Assembly (NCBI GenBank): GCA_039804245.1
Contig: JBDLWO010000065.1
Coordinates: 764 to 64,763 of the forward strand
Length of the DNA: 64,000 nucleotides
Origin: Bacteroidota bacterium
GTDB taxonomy: Bacteria > Bacteroidota > Bacteroidia > Chitinophagales > Saprospiraceae
Reading direction: 5' to 3'
The notes under the pieces are model-generated. The model worked only from the letters and a program-made list of their open reading frames with translations, was not told the DNA's origin and ran no database searches. This document shows, in pieces, positions 54,569 through 62,209 of this stretch; position 1 is the stretch's first letter, and the number at the start of each line of letters is the position of its first letter. The translations under genes and the position numbers were made by a program.

Positions 54569-56035
54569 ATGCACCCTTCTGCACATATTCATCACTCTAC
54601 CCGCCGTCACTTCCTCAAACAGTGCGGTTTCGGATTCGGAGCGCTTGCACTCGGAAGCCTGACAGGCTGCCTTGACCGTACCGCAGATCAATCTGCTTTC
54701 CTGATTGATCCGGCCAATCCGCTGGCGCCACGCCCTCCCATGTTCCCGGGCAAGGCACGGTCTGTGATTTATCTGCACATGGCCGGCGCCCCGTCACAGC
54801 TGGAACTTTTTGATTACAAACCGGAACTGGCCCGACTCGATGGCCAGGACTGTCCACCCTCCTTGCTCGAAGGCAAAAAATTTGCTTTTATCCGGGGAAT
54901 TCCCAAAATGCTGGGGCCCCAGGCTTCTTTCCGTCAGCACGGACAATCGGGCGCATGGATCAGTAACTATCTGCCCCATTTGCAGTCGGTCGCCGACGAA
55001 CTCGCATTCCTGAAAGCAGTAAATACCGATCAGTTCAATCACGCACCCGCGCAACTGCTCATGCACACAGGCAGCGCACGACTGGGCAGACCCAGTATCG
55101 GTTCGTGGGTAACCTACGGACTCGGATCAGAGAACGCCAACCTGCCCGGATTTGTAGTGCTTACTTCAGGAGGTAATAATCCCGATGCCGGCAAAAGTGT
55201 TTGGGGAAGCGGTTTTTTACCCTCCGTTTACCAGGGTGTACAATGCAGAAGTACAGGAGACCCCGTTCTCTTTCTGAATAATCCGGACGGAATCACAAGG
55301 GATTTGCGCAAGGCAAGTATTGAGGCAATCAACGAAGCCAATGCTCTCACTCACCAGGAGAGTGGAGACCCCGAAACTGCCACCCGGATTGCACAGTATG
55401 AAATGGCATACCGGATGCAGATCGAGGCGCCGGAAGTAATGAATATTGATAATGAACCGCCATATATACACGAACTTTATGGCACGCAGCCCGGCAAAGC
55501 CTGCTTCGCCAACAACGCCCTGCTGGCCAGAAAACTGGTGGAAAAAGGAGTCAGATTCGTTCAGCTGTTCGACTGGGGTTGGGATACGCACGGTACCGGC
55601 GCTGACCTCTCGGTTGATATCGGCCTGGTGAACAAATGCAGGGAAACAGATCGCGCCACGGCGGCACTGCTGCTCGATCTCAAACAGCGCGGACTTCTGG
55701 AGGAAACCCTGGTGGTGTGGGGCGGTGAGTTCGGCAGAACTCCCATGATGGAAAACAGAAACGGGCTGCAAATGCCATTCAAGGGACGCGATCATCACAC
55801 CGATGCCTTTACAATGTGGATGGCTGGCGGAGGTATTTCCGGCGGCGCCTCACACGGAGAAACCGACCCGATCGGCTTCGGACCCGTATCCGGCAAAACC
55901 AGTATTTTTGATATTCAGGCTACCATCCTGAACCAGCTCGGCTTCGATCACGAAAAATTTATATTTCCTTTTCAGGGAAGATCATTCCGTCTGACTGATG
56001 TAGGCGGAAATGTGGTCAGGGAAATTCTGACCTGA
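54569..56035 (+). CDS. DUF1501-family (sulfatase-fold) protein with twin-arginine signal
   Basis: 488 aa. The near-consensus Tat motif STRRHFLKQCGFGFGALALGSL is followed by family-typical blocks: IYLHMAGAPSQLELFDYKP, FNHAPAQ, GWDTHG, VVWGGEFGRTP and GRDHH. Confidence 0.8.
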   Translation: MHPSAHIHHSTRRHFLKQCGFGFGALALGSLTGCLDRTADQSAFLIDPANPLAPRPPMFPGKARSVIYLHMAGAPSQLELFDYKPELARLDGQDCPPSLLEGKKFAFIRGIPKMLGPQASFRQHGQSGAWISNYLPHLQSVADELAFLKAVNTDQFNHAPAQLLMHTGSARLGRPSIGSWVTYGLGSENANLPGFVVLTSGGNNPDAGKSVWGSGFLPSVYQGVQCRSTGDPVLFLNNPDGITRDLRKASIEAINEANALTHQESGDPETATRIAQYEMAYRMQIEAPEVMNIDNEPPYIHELYGTQPGKACFANNALLARKLVEKGVRFVQLFDWGWDTHGTGADLSVDIGLVNKCRETDRATAALLLDLKQRGLLEETLVVWGGEFGRTPMMENRNGLQMPFKGRDHHTDAFTMWMAGGGISGGASHGETDPIGFGPVSGKTSIFDIQATILNQLGFDHEKFIFPFQGRSFRLTDVGGNVVREILT

Positions 56036-56107
56036 TGCATTACCGCCGCATGATCCTGTTATCCGGCAGGGTTAAGGGAAATCGCGTATAATTTAACTGA
56101 AATTCAA

Positions 56108-57292
56108 ATGAAAAATCTGCATAAAAGATGCATTCTGCACGCCGGAACCTCCAAAACAGGTACCACCGCTATCCAGAAGTACCTGGCTGGCTACCCCGGG
56201 AAAAATGATGAATTTGTTTACTCCAGTTGTATGGGAATAAACAGCTCTTTTGAGTTGATTCATCTTTTTCATACCGAACCTACTTCCGACTACAACTACC
56301 AACTCGGAAATCTGTCTGCAAATAAAGTAGTGGATTATAGAAAACAAGCACTCGATTATATCAACAGACAAATAAAAAAAGCCATCGATGAAAATAAAAT
56401 ACTGATATTTTCATGGGAAGGCTGCTGGGATTTTCCTCATGAATCGTTGCTACAATTGCGTCAATTCATGGAATCAAATGGATTCACCGTTGAACTGGTT
56501 GTATATATGAGACCACTGAAAGAGTGGATTGAGAGTATCTTTCAACAGAATATAAAAGCAATGGGATTGGCAGAATTCAATCCTGTCTCCCCTGTTTCAT
56601 CAAAATCTTTTGAAAAAACCAACCAAAAAATACAGAAACTGGAAGCAATTTTTGGCGCCACACAGGTTTATCTCTATAAATATGCCCCTTCCATGTTCGA
56701 CAACGGGAATGTGGTGCAACACTTCTGTCAGAAAATTGGTATAACACACAAGGAGTCGCACCAACGCGCAAACGACAGCCTGAGTTTGCCCGCCCTGAAA
56801 CTGTTGTATGCCTACAATCAGTTCGGACCAGCCCTGGGTTACGGCCCGGCAATGAAAAATAACCATAAATTGATCGAGGTACTGACACAACTCCATGGTC
56901 CCTCCATGCGACTTCACTCCTCTCTGATTGAACCAGTATGGGAACACCAGAATCAGGAACGTACCCGGACAGAACAAAGACTGGGCGGTATTGATATGTC
57001 AGAGGATATTTACCAATTTGACACTGAAGAATATGTAATAAAAAATGAAAATGATATGTATAAATTTGATACAAAATCACTTGAATGGTTAGCGAAACAA
57101 GTTAATGCACAGCCAGTATCGCCTGCAACAGGGAGGGAGGCTGCTGAAAAAGTAGCCATACAGGTTCATTCTATCTACCGGAAAATGTACAAAAGAGCTT
57201 CCTTCAGTTCCCGTATTTCAAACAGGGTGAATAATTTGTACCGCTCTTTTGCAGTCAGGCACCTGTTCGGGATTTTCAACCGAAAACAATGA
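56108..57292 (+). CDS. Hypothetical protein with sulfotransferase-like P-loop (5'-PSB-like) motif, in an AT-rich islet
   Basis: 394 aa. The N-terminal ILHAGTSKTGTTAIQKYL resembles the PAPS-binding loop of sulfotransferase-fold proteins. The rest is unrecognised. The DNA is visibly more AT-rich than its neighbours. Confidence 0.55.
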   Translation: MKNLHKRCILHAGTSKTGTTAIQKYLAGYPGKNDEFVYSSCMGINSSFELIHLFHTEPTSDYNYQLGNLSANKVVDYRKQALDYINRQIKKAIDENKILIFSWEGCWDFPHESLLQLRQFMESNGFTVELVVYMRPLKEWIESIFQQNIKAMGLAEFNPVSPVSSKSFEKTNQKIQKLEAIFGATQVYLYKYAPSMFDNGNVVQHFCQKIGITHKESHQRANDSLSLPALKLLYAYNQFGPALGYGPAMKNNHKLIEVLTQLHGPSMRLHSSLIEPVWEHQNQERTRTEQRLGGIDMSEDIYQFDTEEYVIKNENDMYKFDTKSLEWLAKQVNAQPVSPATGREAAEKVAIQVHSIYRKMYKRASFSSRISNRVNNLYRSFAVRHLFGIFNRKQ

Positions 57293-57487
57293 CAGAGTAT
57301 TTTTTCACTGTATTTTAAGTTTTGAAGAGGTATTGCTGGCACCGTTTCAATGAACGGCTCAAAATAAACACAGAAAAGAACTGTTTGAATTCCAGCATGA
57401 AAATTCCGGAAACGCACCAAAGTCAGGGTCTGATTACCCGTGACGGATAATTACAATTTTACTACCTTTCGCACTCGATTCTGAATT

Positions 57488-59023
57488 ATGCGACTACTCT
57501 TTCTCGTTTTACTCGGTCTTTCACTGGCACTCACAGGGATTTGCCAGGAACCATCCAAACAGGAACTCCATCCATGCGGCGCACCGGCAGGTGTCCCGGA
57601 TTTTCTTGAAAAGTACCAGAAAAATCCGTGGCTGTACGCCCAACCAGAATCGGGCGATACGCTCTGGGTGGCCGTTCAGGTACACCTTCTTGCCAAAGAC
57701 AGCGGGGCCGGACGCATGCCCTGGGACCGTTTTCTGGCCGCTTTCTGCAGGCTGAACCAGGATTTCGCTGAAAGTCGTATCCAGTTCTACATGAAAGAAC
57801 CCTGGAATCTGCTCAACAATACTGCCTGGCATACTCATTCAACCATTCCACAGGGCATTGAAATGATGCTGACCAACAACGCAGATGGAGCACTGAATGC
57901 CTATTTCGTGTCAGATCCTGCCGGAAACTGCGGTTATAACCTGCCTTATGGCGGCGTGGCCATCGCACACGGGTGCGCAGGCCCCGACGATCATACCTGG
58001 GCACACGAGATCGGGCACGCGCTGAACCTGCCCCACCCTTTCATCGGTTGGGAAGGCAAAACGTACAATTACAACAACCCGACTCCTCCGGTTCTCACGT
58101 ACGATTACACTTACTTTCACGACACGCTCGACACACAGGTGCCAGCGCCACTCGATACAGCACTGACAGAATTCGTGAATGGTGCCAACTGCTCGGTAGC
58201 AGCCGACCGGATTTGCGATACAAAACCGGACTACCTGAGTTACCGCTGGAACTGCAATCCGGCCACTCAGATGAGTTCCGTCAAACAGAAAGATCTGAAC
58301 GGCACCGATTTCTACTCCGACGGCACCCTGTTCATGTCTTATGCAGATGATGCCTGCCAAAGCAGATTTTCCGCCGAGCAGATATCCGTTATGCGCGCCA
58401 CACTGGCCACAGAAAAGGCAGACTGGGTTACTCCGGCCATGCTTCAGCAGCCTGTAACAGAACTGCCCGAACAACTGGAGCCGGTCATGGGGCAAAATCA
58501 ACCGGTAACAGGCGCGCGACTTGTCTGGAAATCTGTCCCGCATGCTACACACTATGTGGTGCAGGCCTCGCGAATTCCCTCATTCGGTTACAAGGAGCTT
58601 GATATTGTTACTGCCGATACGTTTGCCGTTTGTGGAGCGCTTACTGCAAACAAAACATATTACTGGCGCATAAAACCATTCAACTTCTGGCACGCCTGTC
58701 AGCCGTTTACTGCCGCCGAAACATTTTTTACCAATCCTTCCACAGAAACCGGTGAACCAGATACCGATGGTTGGCGTTGTTACCCCAGCGTGATTTCAGA
58801 CGAATCGGTCATTACCCTGCAAACACCATCGTCATGGACAGGTGCCCCCGTTCAGATCAGTATTTTTGACATGGCAGGCAGAAGTCTCTTTTCAGGAAAA
58901 ATGAACTGTCTGGAAGAAATGCGTATTGAAATACCCGGACTCCCGGTATTGCCAGCCGGCACCTGGCAACTCGTTGCCGTATCAGAAAAGGGCGTAAAAC
59001 GTCAGACACTTGTCAAAAAATAA
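57488..59023 (+). CDS. Secreted zinc metalloprotease (HEXXHXXXXXH, metzincin/M43-like) with T9SS type A sorting domain
   Basis: 511 aa. Signal peptide MRLLFLVLLGLSLALTGICQ. Zinc site WAHEIGHALNLPHPF (about 58004-58036). Also NAYFVSDPAGNCGY and CDTKPDYLSYRWNCN. C-terminal CTD: RCYPSVISDESVITL...GTWQLVAVSEKGVKRQTLVKK. Confidence 0.8.
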   Translation: MRLLFLVLLGLSLALTGICQEPSKQELHPCGAPAGVPDFLEKYQKNPWLYAQPESGDTLWVAVQVHLLAKDSGAGRMPWDRFLAAFCRLNQDFAESRIQFYMKEPWNLLNNTAWHTHSTIPQGIEMMLTNNADGALNAYFVSDPAGNCGYNLPYGGVAIAHGCAGPDDHTWAHEIGHALNLPHPFIGWEGKTYNYNNPTPPVLTYDYTYFHDTLDTQVPAPLDTALTEFVNGANCSVAADRICDTKPDYLSYRWNCNPATQMSSVKQKDLNGTDFYSDGTLFMSYADDACQSRFSAEQISVMRATLATEKADWVTPAMLQQPVTELPEQLEPVMGQNQPVTGARLVWKSVPHATHYVVQASRIPSFGYKELDIVTADTFAVCGALTANKTYYWRIKPFNFWHACQPFTAAETFFTNPSTETGEPDTDGWRCYPSVISDESVITLQTPSSWTGAPVQISIFDMAGRSLFSGKMNCLEEMRIEIPGLPVLPAGTWQLVAVSEKGVKRQTLVKK

Positions 59024-59118
59024 ACTATTATGTGTCACACACTGACTTTTGTCAATTTGCATTTCGGAATTTAACAAACATCGCGGACATTTGGACCGAA
59101 TAACAAAAACTGCTTTTG

Positions 59119-60615
59119 ATGAGACTTTCATTACCTGTACTCCTTACCGCTTTCCTGTTCACCGTAAACTCGCTGGACGCGCAGGTTACCAATCCCGGTG
59201 GCTGCGGTACCGTCGGAATGACCGACTGGTTCAAATGGTATGTAGATCACCGCGACCAGCTCATTGACGAGCGCGGAGAAGACACTACCTGGTTATATGT
59301 TCCTGTTACAGTCCAGATCACAGGTACCGATGCAGGCGCCGAATATTACAACCTCGAACTGGCTATTGGCGCATTGAATAACATGAATCAACAGTTCAAA
59401 GACGCTCGAATCAGGTTCTACATGATGCCGGGCGATCCTTTCCGCTACCTGAATAATACCTACTGGCACGACCATGACTGGGGCGGCGGATCCGACCTGA
59501 TCAACAGTAACCGCCTGCCCAATCGCATCAATGCCTATGTGGTCAAAAATCCGGCAGGCAACTGCGGCTACTCCTGGCAGGACGCCATTGTGCTGGGTAA
59601 AAGTTGCTCAGGCGTGAACAATACAACCTGGGCCCACGAGGCGGGTCACCACCTGTCCCTACCGCACCCGTTCTTCGGATGGGAAGGTGAATCCTGGGAT
59701 TACTCCCAGCCCGCTCCTGCCTCCATCAGCGGCCGCCCTGTGGAAAAAACCGATGGCAGCAACTGCTATCAGTCAGGCGACTTCTTCTGTGATACCAGAC
59801 CCGACTACCTGAACTACCGCTGGAACTGCAACCAGAACGGTGAGAGTCTTACTGTGCAGCACGACCCCGACAGTGTGGCATTCAGGTCAGACGCGACCCT
59901 CATCATGGGATATGCGCTGGATGCGTGCGCAAACAGGTTCTCTTCCGAGCAAATTGCCGCCATGCGCAATAATCTGATGACCGAGCACTCCGAGTATCTT
60001 CAAATTACTGACCCGCTTCAGGAAATTTCTGAAGATGAACCTGTAGAACTGGTCGCACCGCTCGATACGCAGTACGTACAGTACAATAATGTCACATTCT
60101 CCTGGAATCCGGTACCCAATGCTTCTCTCTATACTGTGGAGGTTGGCCTGAAAGAGACTATGCTGCCGCGTTTTATCTGGCATACGGTCTATAACACCAC
60201 GACGCTTACTGTCACCAAAAATATTCCGAACAACCGCCTCCTGTACTGGCGCGTGCGCCCTTACAGCGAGTGGGATCTCAGCAAACAACTGGCTCCGCAG
60301 CAGGTGGGTGTATTCCGGACTTACAACTTCGCCGCAACCAACGATCTGGAACGGAATGTGCTCGCTGCACTCACTCCCAACCCTGTCGCGGCAGGTCTGC
60401 CTGCAATTCTCCAGCTCACAGCCGATGATAACATGGACGCACTCATTTCCGTCTCTGATGCCTCCGGCAGGCGCTGTCACTTCGAATCTGTCAAACTGCA
60501 CCCCGGTGAAAATCTGATCGAGATACCTACCGCGAATCTCAATGCCGGTATCTACTTCGTATTGCTCCAGAATGAACTTGGAACGATTCTGAAAAAACTC
60601 GCTGTGACGGAGTAA
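59119..60615 (+). CDS. Secreted zinc metalloprotease, tandem paralogue of 57488-59023, with T9SS type A sorting domain
   Basis: The track ORF starts at TTG 59116; the adjacent ATG at 59119 is preferred (MRLSLPVLLTAFLFTVNSLDAQ). Zinc site WAHEAGHHLSLPHPF (about 59635-59667). Also NAYVVKNPAGNCGY and CDTRPDYLNYRWNCN. CTD: LTPNPVAAGLPAILQL...GIYFVLLQNELGTILKKLAVTE. Confidence 0.8.
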   Translation: MRLSLPVLLTAFLFTVNSLDAQVTNPGGCGTVGMTDWFKWYVDHRDQLIDERGEDTTWLYVPVTVQITGTDAGAEYYNLELAIGALNNMNQQFKDARIRFYMMPGDPFRYLNNTYWHDHDWGGGSDLINSNRLPNRINAYVVKNPAGNCGYSWQDAIVLGKSCSGVNNTTWAHEAGHHLSLPHPFFGWEGESWDYSQPAPASISGRPVEKTDGSNCYQSGDFFCDTRPDYLNYRWNCNQNGESLTVQHDPDSVAFRSDATLIMGYALDACANRFSSEQIAAMRNNLMTEHSEYLQITDPLQEISEDEPVELVAPLDTQYVQYNNVTFSWNPVPNASLYTVEVGLKETMLPRFIWHTVYNTTTLTVTKNIPNNRLLYWRVRPYSEWDLSKQLAPQQVGVFRTYNFAATNDLERNVLAALTPNPVAAGLPAILQLTADDNMDALISVSDASGRRCHFESVKLHPGENLIEIPTANLNAGIYFVLLQNELGTILKKLAVTE

Positions 60616-60619
60616 GCAC

Positions 60620-62125
60620 ATGGGAGTCATTCGCCGTCAGTCCATCAAACACTCCGCCGTCAATCTGGTCGGACTGGGTGTGGGCGCGCTGAGCACTTTT
60701 CTGGTGTATCCGCATGTCAGACAGGAATACGGCGTTATCCAGGTTTTACTACAAGTCGGTCTCATCGGCTTGCCCATATTGTCTTTGGGGGCCAACACGG
60801 TTGCTATCCGCTTTTTCCCTAAATTCCGGGACGAATCGGTTGGAAACCACGGATTCCTGCCCCTTCTTATGTTGCTGTGTGGCCTGGGCTTCACCCTGAG
60901 CCTGGGCCTCGCAGCCATCTTCCGGGAACCCTACACGAACAGCATTTCTGAGCGTTCCCCACTCATAGCAGCTTACCTCCCGGCAGCCATCCCGATCGCC
61001 TTCTTTTTTACAATCAGCACTGTACTTTACACCTACTCCGCCAATTTCAAGCGGATAGTGGTACCCTCTCTCCTGCTCGATTTTTCGCAAAAACTGGTGC
61101 TGCCAGCACTCATGATTGCTGTATGGAAGGAATGGATCAGCCTGTATGCAGCAATATGGGGGATGATTGTTCATTCCGCAATGGTTACTTGCGCCATGAT
61201 TATTTACCTCCATAAACTGGGTGTTTGGCACTGGAAACCCGACTGGAAGTTCCTTACACCCGACCTGAAAAAAGAAATGGGGGCCTATATCGCTTTTTGG
61301 TCGTTCGGTGGCTTTGCCCTGCTCGTTGCCTCCAAATCCGATATATTTGCTGTTGGATCACTCAGTGCAGAAAGCGCAGCCGGCACCTTCGCCATCGCTA
61401 CCGCACTGGCAGCAATCATTGAAATTCCTGTAAAAAGTCTTTACTCTGCCAGCGCTTCGTCTGTGGCCGAGTATCTTGCCAAAAACGAACTGGAAGAACT
61501 CGGAAAACTGTATAAAAGTGTTTCGATCAATCTGCTGGTAGCCGGAGCACTCCTGTTCGGGGGGATGTGGGTCGCTATCAGACCAATCTTTCAACTCTTC
61601 CCGGCCGATCATTCTGGTGAAATGGAGGCAGGTATATGGGTATTTTTCTTCGTGGGCCTGACAAGACTGGTAGAAATGACTACCGGACTCAATAATTATC
61701 TGGTTTACTATTCACCTCATTACCGGTACGCACTCTTTTCATTAAGCGCCTGCGCAGCGCTGACGGTAGGCCTGAATCTGTGGCTTATACCCACAATAGG
61801 ATTTTACGGAGCAGCCATTTCGACGCTCATTTCGGTAACATTATATAACGCTTTCAGTGTGTGGCTCATCTGGCGTATTTACCGACTGTTCCCGTTTACC
61901 CGAAATACACTCATCTCCATATTGATTGCGCTCTTTACCTTCTTTATTGCAACCCTGATACCAGAAACCGGATTTCCAATAGCTGATATGATGATCAAGG
62001 GGGGATCGTATGCACTGCTTTTTGCTTTCGTTATACTGCGGTTGAATATCTCTCCGGACCTTTCCGCGCTCTGGAAACTTGCTGCACTGAAACTGCTGCC
62101 CAACCGAAATTCTCCGGTCGAATAA
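60620..62125 (+). CDS. Polysaccharide/oligosaccharide flippase, MOP (Wzx-like) superfamily
   Basis: 501 aa, hydrophobic throughout with about 12-14 predicted helices. The N-terminal pattern RRQSIKHSAVNLVGLGVGALSTFLVYP is typical of polysaccharide biosynthesis (Wzx-type) proteins. Confidence 0.75.
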   Translation: MGVIRRQSIKHSAVNLVGLGVGALSTFLVYPHVRQEYGVIQVLLQVGLIGLPILSLGANTVAIRFFPKFRDESVGNHGFLPLLMLLCGLGFTLSLGLAAIFREPYTNSISERSPLIAAYLPAAIPIAFFFTISTVLYTYSANFKRIVVPSLLLDFSQKLVLPALMIAVWKEWISLYAAIWGMIVHSAMVTCAMIIYLHKLGVWHWKPDWKFLTPDLKKEMGAYIAFWSFGGFALLVASKSDIFAVGSLSAESAAGTFAIATALAAIIEIPVKSLYSASASSVAEYLAKNELEELGKLYKSVSINLLVAGALLFGGMWVAIRPIFQLFPADHSGEMEAGIWVFFFVGLTRLVEMTTGLNNYLVYYSPHYRYALFSLSACAALTVGLNLWLIPTIGFYGAAISTLISVTLYNAFSVWLIWRIYRLFPFTRNTLISILIALFTFFIATLIPETGFPIADMMIKGGSYALLFAFVILRLNISPDLSALWKLAALKLLPNRNSPVE

Positions 62126-62153
62126 GCCCTCCCCGGCAACTTTGGAAGATTTT

Positions 62154-62206
62154 TTCAACATGATTTACCCGTATTACCGTAATTATGCAGGGCAAATCAT
62201 GTTGAA
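62154..62206. other. Long hairpin between the flippase stop and the next gene's ATG
   Basis: ttcaacatgatttaccc (62154-62170) pairs with gggcaaatcatgttgaa (62190-62206): a 17-bp stem with one mismatch and a 19-nt loop. It ends 3 nt before the ATG at 62210. No T-run follows, so it is not a classical terminator. Confidence 0.5.
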
Positions 62207-62209
62207 GCT

